A DNA stretch of 64,000 bases from an uncultured Thermoplasmata archaeon. Lineage in GTDB: Archaea > Thermoplasmatota > Thermoplasmata > Lutacidiplasmatales > UBA184. The stretch is from contig CAWDQO010000006.1 of NCBI GenBank assembly GCA_963804525.1, positions 154,500 to 218,499 on the forward strand, given 5' to 3'. The number at the start of each line of letters is the position of its first letter. Position 1 is the stretch's first letter. Shown here piece by piece: positions 8,738-17,975 of this stretch. The notes beneath the pieces were generated by a model. That model was given only the letters and a program-made list of their open reading frames with translations. It was not told the DNA's origin and made no database searches. The position numbers and the translations under genes are program-made.

Positions 8738-9046
8738 ATGTCCTCCAACGACCGGCGTCGGGGGCTCTACCTGCTGGCCGCCCTGTTCGTCATCGCTGGA
8801 ACCCTCAGCCTCGCGGCCGGGGTGGCGACGCTCGCGAGCGTCGAGCACCAGCTCGCGGTCCATGGTCCCCCGGAGGGCTGCGCCCCCGGGGCGAACTGCT
8901 CGACCGCGGTGCCCGTGGACGAGCCGTCGGCGTACGGCGCGGCGGTGGGAACGATCGCGTTCGGGGCGGTCCTCCTCGCGGCCGGAGGGGGTCTCGGGAT
9001 TCTCGGGTGGTCGGGGGGGCGAGCCCCCGGTTCCGGGCGAACGTGA
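8738..9046 (+). CDS. hypothetical membrane protein
   Basis: ATG at 8738 (MSSNDRRRGLYLLAALFVIAGTLSLAAGVATL...GTIAFGAVLLAAGGGLGILGW). Two TM segments. It is the internal part of the long ORF 7631..9046. Confidence 0.4.
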   Translation: MSSNDRRRGLYLLAALFVIAGTLSLAAGVATLASVEHQLAVHGPPEGCAPGANCSTAVPVDEPSAYGAAVGTIAFGAVLLAAGGGLGILGWSGGRAPGSGRT

Positions 9047-9157
9047 GCCCGACCCCCGGCCACCGCCCCCATCCGGATACGAACGCCCCCGTCGGGGCTG
9101 CGTCGGCCCCGAAGTAGATGTAGGTCGAAATTCGTAGCAACGGGGCCGGTAGGTCGA

Positions 9158-10462
9158 ATGGCGGACCTGACCTCGTTCATCATCGGCCTCTTCGTCCTCC
9201 TCACAGCCGCCGTCCTGGTCGGCGAACTGTTCTCCCGGTTCGGCCAGGCACCGCTCGTCGGCCAGATCCTCGTCGGGATCATCCTCGGCCCGACCCTCCT
9301 CGGGGGCTACTTCGGGCTCACGGGTGTGAACGACGAGCTCGCCGGGGTCCAGTTCCTCGCGACGTTCTTCATCCTCGTGATGGCCGGGCTCGAGGTGAGC
9401 CCGGAGGAGCTCTACGAGACCGGGTTCGCCTCGGGTCTCATGGGCATCGCCGTGTTCGTCGGACCGTTCCTCATCGGGGCGTTCATCGTCCCGCTCGTCG
9501 TCCACGGCCTCTCGTTCACGACGACCCTGTTCGTCTCGCTCACCCTGTCGATCACCGCCCTCCCCGTGATGGCGGTGATGCTGCGGGAGTTCGGCCTCAC
9601 CAAGACCCGGCTCGGGGTGATGATGATGAACACCGCGGTCATCAACGAGCTCGCCGCGGTCACGACGTTCGCGATCCTCCTCCAGCTGAACGCGAACGGG
9701 TTCGGCGCCGTCGAGATCGCGATCGCGCTCCTGTCCGTCTTCGTGTTCCTCGGGACGGTCCTCTCCGCCCACATGGTCCTCCGGGTCACCCGCGAGACCC
9801 GGCTCGGTCGGATCGTCCGCGAGCGGGTCACGGGGATGTGGAAGTCCCGCGAATCCGGCTTCGCCATCCTGATGGTCCTCGCCCTCGGCTCGGCGCTCTT
9901 CTCCCAGTTCCTCGGGCTGACGTTCCTCGTCGGGGCCTTCTACGCAGGGCTGCTGATCACGCCGGCGAGCGCGGGGAAGCGGGAGCACCGTGGGATCAGC
10001 CAGATCTTCAACGTGATGTCCTGGGGATTCTTCATCCCCCTGTTCTTCGCGTTCGTCGGCCTTGGGATGAACCTGCGGTCGCTCGCGACCCCCCCGGCGC
10101 TCCTCGCGTTCGGGGTGCTCGTCGTCTTCGCGGTCTTGGCCAAACTCATCCTCGGGACGGGCGTCGCCCGGTTCCTCAACTGGTCCCGGTCGGACTCCCT
10201 CGCGATCGGGTTCTTCGTCTCGAGCCGGGGGGCCGTCGAGCTCGCCATGGCGCTCATCCTGCTCGACCTCGGGATCTTCACGATCGAGATCTTCACCCTC
10301 GTCGCAGCGGTGGGCCTCGTGACCACGATCATCTCCCCGATCGGCGCGAGCCACTACGGTGGATTCAAGCTCGGTACCGGGGATGAGGTCGGGAGCCCGT
10401 TGGCGTCCCCCAACGTCGGCCCCGGCCCCCGTCTGATCGCCGACGCCTCGGGCGACGACTAG
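9158..10462 (+). CDS. cation:proton antiporter (CPA2, Kef/NapA type)
   Basis: 434 aa with at least 11 TM. The N-terminal LLTAAVLVGELFSRFGQAPLVGQILVGIILGP motif is typical of Na+/H+ exchanger family proteins. Confidence 0.85.
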   Translation: MADLTSFIIGLFVLLTAAVLVGELFSRFGQAPLVGQILVGIILGPTLLGGYFGLTGVNDELAGVQFLATFFILVMAGLEVSPEELYETGFASGLMGIAVFVGPFLIGAFIVPLVVHGLSFTTTLFVSLTLSITALPVMAVMLREFGLTKTRLGVMMMNTAVINELAAVTTFAILLQLNANGFGAVEIAIALLSVFVFLGTVLSAHMVLRVTRETRLGRIVRERVTGMWKSRESGFAILMVLALGSALFSQFLGLTFLVGAFYAGLLITPASAGKREHRGISQIFNVMSWGFFIPLFFAFVGLGMNLRSLATPPALLAFGVLVVFAVLAKLILGTGVARFLNWSRSDSLAIGFFVSSRGAVELAMALILLDLGIFTIEIFTLVAAVGLVTTIISPIGASHYGGFKLGTGDEVGSPLASPNVGPGPRLIADASGDD

Positions 10463-10629
10463 GGCCGCGCCGGACGCCGCCGCCATATCGTTCTCCCGCC
10501 TCGGCGGGCCGTGCGCCACGACCGCCCCCCACCGAGAGCCCGGCTCCGGCCCCGGCCGAACGGGCCGAGCGGCGGAGCCGGGCCCTCGAGGAGCTCCTCG
10601 ACGTCCGACCCGAGCCGGGTCCCCCCGGG

Positions 10630-10935
10630 GTGCTCGCCCTGGCGGTCCGGAACCTGAAACGGCAGACCCACTACACCGTCTACGTGCCGGCCTACCCCGA
10701 CCGGACGGGAGTGTTCTGCGGGTGTGTCGACTTCGCCCGGCGGGACCTCGGGACGTGCAAGCACGTCGAGGCCGCCTGGCTGTGGATCGCGGACCACCCG
10801 GACGAGGGGCGACCGACTCCTGTGACCGGGGCGACCGCCCGCTGGCTCGCCATCGACCGGCGACTCCACGCCCTCCCCGCCGGCGCTCCGCCGTCCCGGC
10901 GGGTCCGGTACGGGGGAGACGCGCTCCTTCCCTGA
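10630..10935 (+). CDS. SWIM zinc-finger protein
   Basis: CxC-x(9-11)-CxH pattern: FCGCVDFARRDLGTCKHVEAAWLW. The track start is GTG 10630. However, the same frame upstream reads like coding sequence (RAERRSRALEELLDVRPEPGPPG) with no start codon. Adding one C to the C6 run at 10525-10530 would link it to GTG 10511, giving 141 aa. Confidence 0.6.
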   Translation: MLALAVRNLKRQTHYTVYVPAYPDRTGVFCGCVDFARRDLGTCKHVEAAWLWIADHPDEGRPTPVTGATARWLAIDRRLHALPAGAPPSRRVRYGGDALLP

Positions 10936-11091
10936 GGGAGTCTTCGGAGCGACCCCGCCGCCGGAACCCGAGGGCCTCGCTGGAGGGTCCACTCGTGGCC
11001 GGGGCCGCGTCGTGCGACGACGCCAAGAACGAACGACCCCGGCGGAACGTCCGCCGGAGAAAAGGTTGGACCGGGGTCCGAGCGACCGCCC

Positions 11092-12807
11092 TTACGTACT
11101 GCTCATTCCGGGAGCGCCCTTGAGCGCCCGGACTTTGTAGTACTCGGGGTCGACGACGACCTCGCCGTTGACGCCCATCGTCTCGATGGTCTTCAGCTGC
11201 GTGATGCCGCTCGAGCTCTTCGCCTTCTGCCACTCGGGGATCGGGATCGAGAACTTCTTCTCGACCTCGGTCCGGTAGATCGGACCGGAGTTGTACGAGC
11301 AGAACGGAATGATCCGCCCGTCGGGTACCGAGTAGTGGATGTCGCACCGCATCAGGCGCTGGATGTCGTAGTCGTACGCGTCCTGGAAGTGCATGTTCCC
11401 CAGGTACATCGTGCGCCAGGTGAACTTCGCGAGCGCCTCCTTGTTCCCCTCGGTAAAGATCGAGGCGATCAGGCGGACGCAGTTCTTCTCGTTGATCCCT
11501 TCCGGCGCCTTTTGGAAGTCGAAGTACTTGGCGACGTCGTGGAGCAGCTTCGCCCCGGCGACGGCGGTGCGGACCCGCGCGAAGCGGGCGTCCCGGTACT
11601 TCTCGATCATCGCTTCGACGTTCTCGAAGAACCCGTCGACGTCCATGAAGCGCGGCAGCGGCGTGATCTTCTGGCCGTCCTGGCTGATGAACGCGAACGT
11701 GGCGCACCCGCAACCGGGGTGCGTCGTGAGCGTCATCTTCTCCTCGCCGTGGATGATTGAGGCGAGCTCGGAGATCGGGGCGACCGACGGGACGGGGAAG
11801 AAGTCCGACTTCTCGAACGGTCCGTCGGTGCAGAGGATCCGGACGAGGTCCGACTGGGTGAACCGCATCTGGAACCGGTCCTTGTCGGGGATCCGCGCCG
11901 TGAGGGCGACCGGCTGGAAGTTGACCCCGCGAACGACGTCGATGTTGTCGATCGCGAACTTGACCGTCGGCCAGATCTCCTTCTCGTTGAACCCGCCGAC
12001 CAGGGTCGGGACAAGCACGACGCTGAGCGGCTTGTCCGGCTTCCCCTGGGCGAGCTCGGCCGGCGAGGTGTGGGTCTCCCGGGCCGCCTGGATCGCCTTC
12101 TGCTTGACCTTCAGGAGGGGGACGCCCCGGACCTTCCGGTAGATCTCGTCGTCCAGACCGTCGAACTGCAGGTAGAGGGTGTGGAGGCCGTTCTCCCGGC
12201 ACGCCTGGGCGAAGCCGGGCTCGTTGGCGACCCGGATCCCGTTCGTGGCGACCTGGACCTGCTTGAAGCCGAGGTCCCGGGCCATGCTGCAGGCGTCGAG
12301 GAAGAGCGGGCTGAGCGTCGGCTCCCCTCCGGAGAACTGGACGGCCACGGCCCCGACCGGCTTCTGCTCCCGGAGCGTCTTCAGCATGAAGTGGATCTGC
12401 TCGCGGGTCGGCTCGTAGACGTAGCCGGCGGCGTTCGCGTTCGCGAAGCAGACCGGGCACTTCAGGTTGCACCGGTTCGTCAGGTCCATCAGGGCGAGAC
12501 CCGTGTGAGACTTGTGGTGGCTGCACATCCCGCACGTGGTCGGGCAGCCGCGGAACTTGTCGTAGTAGGGGTTCTCGTAGCCGACCCCATCGTGGGCGTA
12601 CACTTCCATCCGGAGATAGAAGTCGACGTCGTTCGAGATGATGTCCCAGAAGTAGCCGTGCACGCGGCACGTCTTCTCCATGATGACGCGGTTGTCCTTC
12701 TCCCGGACGACCGCGGGGATCACCTTGATGCACTCGGGGCAGACGCTGGCCGTCTTACGGGGCAGACCCCGGGGGGCCTGGAACTCCTTCATGACGCGGG
12801 CCGGCAT
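11092..12807 (-). CDS. radical SAM protein, tetraether lipid synthase (Tes / GDGT-MAS, MJ0619 family)-like
   Basis: N-terminal CPEC zinc-ribbon-like motif, a second Cys cluster CPTTCGMCSHH, the radical SAM CNLKCPVC motif, then FSGGEPT. The length and layout match my recollection of the MJ0619/Tes family. Start taken at ATG 12807 (MPARVMKEF). ATG 12792 is also possible. Confidence 0.75.
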   Translation of the reverse strand: MPARVMKEFQAPRGLPRKTASVCPECIKVIPAVVREKDNRVIMEKTCRVHGYFWDIISNDVDFYLRMEVYAHDGVGYENPYYDKFRGCPTTCGMCSHHKSHTGLALMDLTNRCNLKCPVCFANANAAGYVYEPTREQIHFMLKTLREQKPVGAVAVQFSGGEPTLSPLFLDACSMARDLGFKQVQVATNGIRVANEPGFAQACRENGLHTLYLQFDGLDDEIYRKVRGVPLLKVKQKAIQAARETHTSPAELAQGKPDKPLSVVLVPTLVGGFNEKEIWPTVKFAIDNIDVVRGVNFQPVALTARIPDKDRFQMRFTQSDLVRILCTDGPFEKSDFFPVPSVAPISELASIIHGEEKMTLTTHPGCGCATFAFISQDGQKITPLPRFMDVDGFFENVEAMIEKYRDARFARVRTAVAGAKLLHDVAKYFDFQKAPEGINEKNCVRLIASIFTEGNKEALAKFTWRTMYLGNMHFQDAYDYDIQRLMRCDIHYSVPDGRIIPFCSYNSGPIYRTEVEKKFSIPIPEWQKAKSSSGITQLKTIETMGVNGEVVVDPEYYKVRALKGAPGMSST

Positions 12808-13034
12808 TCTTCGATTCCTCTCTTTCGGGCCCCCGCACGCGGCGGCCCAAGCGGCCCACCATCTCCATGGTACATAACCCTCCTGTCGCCCCGGGCGCGA
12901 CAGTTTGGGGGTTCCGTGACGGAGGTTCGCATGGTAGTCGGCGCTACAACCCCCTCGAAACCGAGGGATTTCCTCACCCCGGCCCCGCACTACGGTTATG
13001 TTGGAAGCGGCCCTCCCGTCCCGCGAGGAATCGA

Positions 13035-13640
13035 ATGGCGACCAAGCGGAAAGGGAAGCCGACCGAGCGCCGAGCGTCTCCCCGGCGGGCCCGGACCGCG
13101 ACGAAGCCGGCTCCCAAGTTCGTGGGGCGCGACGCGTCCCCGGTGTTGGAGCGGTACCCCCCGAAGGACTCCGGGATCCGCTCGCGGGCTGCGGTTCCGG
13201 TCACCCGCCCGCCGTCCGTTCCGGCCCCTTCGACCGCCCCGGGTCCTTCGCCCACCTCCCGCCCGGGCGGCGCCGTCCCGGCCCCCGGGAGCCCGCCGGC
13301 CTCCGGTGCTCCGGCGCCCCCGGCCACGCCGAAGATGCTGATCGCGCTGGAGCGGCCGTTCGACATCGACGAGTTCTCCCAGCTTCTCGGCGAGACGGTC
13401 GTCCGGACGGAAGTTCCCCGCGAGGACCTGGCCGAGGCGCTCCGCCGGATTTCCGAGTTCATGAGCTTCGGGATCTACGTCTACGCCGTCCGGGTGCGGC
13501 CGGCCCCGGAGGAGCTCCTCAAGCGATTCGTCGTCGAGCTCCAGCGGGTCGACTACGACCCCAGGGCCCACGACTGGACGGGGTTCGAGGAGACCGGGCG
13601 CTCGGACAGCCCGTTCGGACCGACCGGCGGGCGTCGCTGA
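13035..13640 (+). CDS. hypothetical protein (basic N-terminus, Pro/Ser-rich linker, globular C-domain)
   Basis: ATG 13035 (MATKRKGKPTERR). The C-terminal 100 aa (MLIALERPFDIDEFSQLLGETVVRTEV...FGIYVYAVRVRPAPEELLKRFVVELQRVDYD) are well composed. The true start could be the internal ATG near 13336. Confidence 0.45.
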   Translation: MATKRKGKPTERRASPRRARTATKPAPKFVGRDASPVLERYPPKDSGIRSRAAVPVTRPPSVPAPSTAPGPSPTSRPGGAVPAPGSPPASGAPAPPATPKMLIALERPFDIDEFSQLLGETVVRTEVPREDLAEALRRISEFMSFGIYVYAVRVRPAPEELLKRFVVELQRVDYDPRAHDWTGFEETGRSDSPFGPTGGRR

Positions 13641-13699
13641 GAGCCGCCCCCGCCTGCGCTATCTCGGCGGCGGGCTCTCTCCGCCGGTCGAGGACGCAC

Positions 13700-13915
13700 G
13701 TGCCGGACCCGGAGACCGAGCGGTGGATCGGGGAGCTGAGCCAGCTGCGCCGCGAGATCGCGGAGCTCCGTGCCGAGCAGCAGGAGCTCGCCCGTGCCGT
13801 CCAGGAGTTGGCGAAGACCTTCCGGGCCCTCGCCCTCCACTTCGGGATTGCCTCGGAGCCGTACCCGAAGGCGAAGGGCGCCGAGCCGCGCCGGGACGTA
13901 CCCGGGTTCGCGTAG
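13700..13915 (+). CDS. small coiled-coil protein (hypothetical)
   Basis: GTG 13700. ERWIGELSQLRREIAELRAEQQELARAVQELAKTFRALALHF has a heptad-like composition. 71 aa. Weak support. Confidence 0.3.
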   Translation: MPDPETERWIGELSQLRREIAELRAEQQELARAVQELAKTFRALALHFGIASEPYPKAKGAEPRRDVPGFA

Positions 13916-13945
13916 CGGCCCGGGTGCCCCGAGAGCGCGGTCCCG

Positions 13946-14851
13946 ATGGCCGACCTCGTTCACGGCGAAGCCGAGGCCGAGCGGACGGTCCTTCGCGCCC
14001 TCCGGCTCGCGGTCGAGATCTCGATCGTCCTCCTCGTGCTCGAGGCGGTGGGCGCGCTCCTCTCCAAGAGCCTCTCCCTCACCGTGGACGCCGTCCACAA
14101 CGTCCCGGACATCTTCGCGTTCGTGCTCTCCTGGACCGCGCTCCGGTCGGCCGGGCACGGCGCCTCCGACCGGTACACGTTCGGGACCCACCGGATCGAG
14201 GTGTTCGCGGGCCTCGCGAACGCGACGCTGGTCCTCGGCACGGGCCTCGTGTTCGGGTACGAGGCGCTCGCGACCACGCTGCACGGCGGGTCGTTCGCGG
14301 GCGCGGTCGACCCGTACTGGCTCTTGCTGGCCGCCGTCCCCGCCCTCGCGCTGCGCGGCCTCTCCGCCGTCACGCTCGGCCGGATCCCCGGACGGGTCCG
14401 GGACCTGAACTTCCGGAGCGTCGTCCTCCACCTGGTCAGCGACGTGGCGATCACCGTCGGGCTCCTGGTCGTCGCCGCGGTCCTCTTGGTCCGACCGGGA
14501 GACGGCTGGGTTGACCCGGCGGTCGCCCTGGCGATCGCGGGGGTGCTCGTGGCGGAGTCGGCCCCGCTCTTCCGGGACGCCGGCGAGGTCCTCACCGAGC
14601 GGACCCCCCGGCACCTCTCGGTCTCCGCCATCGAGCAGACCGCCCTCGGCGTCGAGGGGGTCCGGGAGGTCCACGACCTCCACGTCTGGGCCGTCTGCCC
14701 AACGCTGATCTGCATGACCGCCCACGTCGCCGTCCGGGAGATGAGCGTCCGCGAGTCGATGGACGTCGTCGCCCGGCTTCGCGACGCGGTGGAGAGGGAC
14801 CACGGGATCCTCCACGCCGTCTTCGAGGTCGAGAATCTCCCGGTCGGCTGA
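13946..14851 (+). CDS. cation diffusion facilitator (CDF) family metal transporter
   Basis: 301 aa and 6 TM. SLSLTVDAVHNVPD in TM2 and HLVSD in TM5 are metal-site motifs typical of CzcD/ZitB-type CDFs. C-terminal cytoplasmic domain with HDLHVW. Confidence 0.85.
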   Translation: MADLVHGEAEAERTVLRALRLAVEISIVLLVLEAVGALLSKSLSLTVDAVHNVPDIFAFVLSWTALRSAGHGASDRYTFGTHRIEVFAGLANATLVLGTGLVFGYEALATTLHGGSFAGAVDPYWLLLAAVPALALRGLSAVTLGRIPGRVRDLNFRSVVLHLVSDVAITVGLLVVAAVLLVRPGDGWVDPAVALAIAGVLVAESAPLFRDAGEVLTERTPRHLSVSAIEQTALGVEGVREVHDLHVWAVCPTLICMTAHVAVREMSVRESMDVVARLRDAVERDHGILHAVFEVENLPVG

Positions 14852-14884
14852 CCGGTCGGGCGAAAGGGTTTCCTCGGGTCGACG

Positions 14885-16695
14885 GTGGGGGCGTCACCGA
14901 TGGCCGAAGCCCCCCGGATCCGGTACGAGGTCCGGTCCCCGCGTCCGAGCGACCACCGGATCGTGGTGACCATGGGAGTGGCCGGGTTGACGGGGGCGCC
15001 GTTCGAGGTCGTGTTCCCCTCGTGGATCCCGGGGTCGTACTGGATCCAGGACCGGGTCCGGAACGTCTCGGGGGTGTCGGCCCGGGTCTCCGGCCACGCG
15101 GACCCGCTGCCGGTCCGACGGACCGAGAAGGCCCGATGGCACGTGGACGCCGGGCCCCATCCCTCGGCGGACGTGGAGTACACGATGTACGGGAACGAAG
15201 CCCGCACGGGAGGGCTCGACGTCAACGACGAGCACCTGTTCCTTGGTCCCGGCTTTGCCCTCCCGTACGTCGAGGGTCGCCGTTCCGAGCCGCTGGACAT
15301 CTCTCTCACCGTCCCCCCCGATTGGACCGTCTATACCGAGCTCCCCGAAGTCGGTCGGCATCCGCCGACGTACCGGGCGACCGACTACGACGAGCTGGTC
15401 GACTCCCCTTTCGACGCCGGCCACGCTCCGAGCTACACCATCCACCCGCTCGGGGTCCCCCACCGGCTCGTGCTCTGCGGGTCGGGGGGAACTGCGAGCC
15501 CCACCGGCTCCAGGCGGACATCTCCCGCATCGTCGAGGCGTCGGTCCGGTTGTTCGGCGAGTCGCCCGTGCCGAGTTACACGTTCTTCTACCACCTGACG
15601 GGCGGCGTCACCGCCGGCCTCGAGCATGCGCGCTCCAGCCAGTGCGTGGTCGAGCGCACCGCGTTCCAGACGCCGAGCCAGTACCGCGGGGTGCTGAGCC
15701 TCACCGCCCACGAGTACCTGCACCTGTACAACGTCAAACGGATCCACCCGAAGGCGTTCGACCCGTTCGACTACACGCGGGAGACGTACACCCGGCTCTT
15801 GTGGGCGATGGAGGGGACGACCGACTACCTCACGTGGCTCGTCCTCCGCCGCGCCGAGATCACCTCTCCCGAACGGTTCCTGAGCGACCTCGCCGACAAG
15901 ATCCGGCGCTACCGGGACCTGCCGGGTCGACTCCGCCAGAGTCTCGAGGACGCGAGCCTCGCCGCGTGGGTCGACCTCTACCACTTCGACGAGGAGACCC
16001 CGAACCGCTCGATCTCCTACTACCTGAAGGGGGCGCTGGTCTCGCTCTGCCTCGACCTCGAGCTCCGCACCCGCACCGCCAACGCGAACTCCCTCGAATC
16101 GGTCTGGCGGGAACTGTGGGCCGCCTACCGCCGGGACCGTCGGGGTCTCGGCGAGACCGAGCTCCCCGAGGTCATCGCGCGGGTGACCGGTGTCGACGTG
16201 AGCGAATTCTTCGCGGAGTACATCGCCGGGACGAAGGAGGTCGACTTCGAGCGATACCTCGGCTTCGCGGGACTTGCCCTCCGGGCGCGACCGATGCCGC
16301 GGCGCCCGGACGACGACCCGGAGCCGGCCTATCTCGGGGCCGAGGTCGAGAACTCCGCCGGACACGTCAAGGTCACCGTCGTCCGGGACGGCTCGCCCGG
16401 CCGCGCCGCCGGACTCTCCCCCGGGGACGAGGTCGTCGCCGTCGATGGGGGCCGGGTCCGGTTCGACGACTGGGCGCGCACGTGGGGACGGTACGTCCCG
16501 GGACGCTCGGTCGAACTCACTGTATTCCGACGCGCCCGGCTGACGACGCTCTCGGTCGTCGTGGGCGAATCTCCCCCGAAGGAGCTCGCGATCGTCCCCG
16601 TCGCCGACGCCGCCCCCGGGGCCAAGGCGGTGTACGGGAGCTGGGTCGGGGCCCCGTGGACCCCGCCGAAGCCGGCCCCCCCCGAGACGGGCTAA
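14885..16695 (+). CDS. M61 glycyl aminopeptidase-family metallopeptidase with C-terminal PDZ domain; frame broken in this assembly
   Basis: The N-part (ORF 14885..15598: FPSWIPGSYWIQDRVRNV...HRLVLCGSGG) continues in ORF 15022..16695 (NCEPHRLQADISRIVEA...HEYLHLYNVKR HExxH...PDZ-like GLSPGDEVVAVDG). The break is at a G6 run (15484-15489). One extra G restores a 603-aa frame. Confidence 0.8.
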
Positions 16696-17975
16696 GGTAC
16701 GGATCCGGTCCGCGTCGGGACTACGACCGCCTTGCGGCCGTACCGCCATTCCCCTTCCATCGGGTACAGGCGACGCAGCACCGGGACGACCGTGGCGCCG
16801 AGGGGGACCGGAGCTGCCGGCCCGACGACCTGGAACGTCGCCCGCGGTCCTTCGGCCGACCGGGCGATGACGACGCCGTACGCGCCGGCCACGGCGACCG
16901 TGCCGTCGAACTCCGTCGGCTGCGCCCCCGGCCGCACCGTCGTCGCGGCCTCCACCGTCCACGCGCCCCGGGCCAACGACCGGCGTTCGAGCCGCTCGGA
17001 CTCGCCGCAGTGGGCGCAGGCTCCCCGGGCGGGGAACGTGAGGTGGGAACACGAGGGGCACCGGTCGGCCTCGAGCCGCCAGCGGCTCGGAAGGTTCTCC
17101 ACGTAGCGGGCTCGGGGGACGTACGCCCCCTCGCTGCGCGCATCGAGGCTCCGCTCGTCGTCTCGGACCGGCGGGGCGGACAGCACGAGCGTCGGGGTCG
17201 GAGTGGCCTCCGACCACTCCACCGGGCCGGTGACGGTCCCCCGGACGTACACGTCCCGCTCGGTACCGAGGGCGGCGAGAGCGAACGGGTGGGGCGGCCC
17301 CTCCGCTCCGGAGGCGCGAAGGGCGAGCGCGAACGGCGTCGTCGGAGCGGGGCCGGTCCCGGGGGGCGCCCGGGGAACGAGGGAGGTCGCGAACCCAGGA
17401 CCCACCGACCCGGGAGCGGCGGCAACGAGCCGTTCGTCGTCGCCCAGGACGAGCAGCGGGACCGGTTCGGACCCCGAGGCGGGGCCCAGCCGTTCGGCGC
17501 GGAGCCCCCCCGCGTCGCTGCGCGGGGACCGGGCGTGGGTCGCGACCCGGTCCACCCGGACGCCGGCCGCGGGGGCGAGCGCGAGCGCGACCGCAAGGGC
17601 CCCGTGGTTCACCCCGGCCGTGCGTCCGACGCGGGACAGGTCGACCGCGAGGACGAGCCGGGTTTCGGGCGCCTCGTCCTCGGCGGGACCGCGGATCGCC
17701 TCGAACAGGTGGGCGGGTCCTCCCGAGCTCCGATGCACGGCGACCCCGTCGAGCCCGAGCGCTTCCGGGACGGCCCACTCCGATTCCGGCGGGAGGTCGC
17801 CGACGAGGTCGATCCGGGCGAGGTCGGTGCGGCGAGCACGGTCTCCGAGCGCCTCGGCGGCGGCGACCGCCAGCGTGAATCCGTCCTCGTCCGGCCCCTC
17901 GACGGCGAGCGGCCCGAGCCGGGCGGAGGGGCGGGCGACCGCCGCCGCGACCACCGCGCTCGGCAATGCGCTCAC
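16692..17975 (-). CDS. DUF35 (Zn-ribbon plus OB-fold) protein fused to a cysteine-free thiolase-fold/HMG-CoA-synthase-like N-domain
   Basis: GTG 17975 overlaps the thiolase stop (GTGA). The C-terminal CPSCSHLTFPARGACAHCG plus an OB-like region is a DUF35 layout. The N-terminal roughly 300 aa resemble the first half of archaeal HMGCS (PDEDGFTLAVAAAEAL, NHGALAVALAL) but contain no Cys at all. Confidence 0.7.
   Translation of the reverse strand: MSALPSAVVAAAVARPSARLGPLAVEGPDEDGFTLAVAAAEALGDRARRTDLARIDLVGDLPPESEWAVPEALGLDGVAVHRSSGGPAHLFEAIRGPAEDEAPETRLVLAVDLSRVGRTAGVNHGALAVALALAPAAGVRVDRVATHARSPRSDAGGLRAERLGPASGSEPVPLLVLGDDERLVAAAPGSVGPGFATSLVPRAPPGTGPAPTTPFALALRASGAEGPPHPFALAALGTERDVYVRGTVTGPVEWSEATPTPTLVLSAPPVRDDERSLDARSEGAYVPRARYVENLPSRWRLEADRCPSCSHLTFPARGACAHCGESERLERRSLARGAWTVEAATTVRPGAQPTEFDGTVAVAGAYGVVIARSAEGPRATFQVVGPAAPVPLGATVVPVLRRLYPMEGEWRYGRKAVVVPTRTGSVP

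Noticed and set aside
8495-12733. 1412-aa ORF on the minus strand, and similar giants at 24956..28753, 26454..29180, 15243..18662, 33846..36656, 36263..39178 and 56692..61272
   Set aside because: They are Arg/Pro/Gly/Asp-rich low-complexity translations that run antisense or off-frame to genes with clear family motifs (antiporter, Tes-like, helicase, serS, ALDH, surface proteins). Such stop-free shadow frames are typical of GC-rich DNA.
12808-13034. Possible small RNA or tRNA in the 227-nt divergent intergenic region (also checked 1525-1675 and 10936-11091)
   Set aside because: I could not fold a cloverleaf and saw no T-loop GTTC(G/A)A(A/T)TC box or conserved RNA motif. The region probably holds promoters only.
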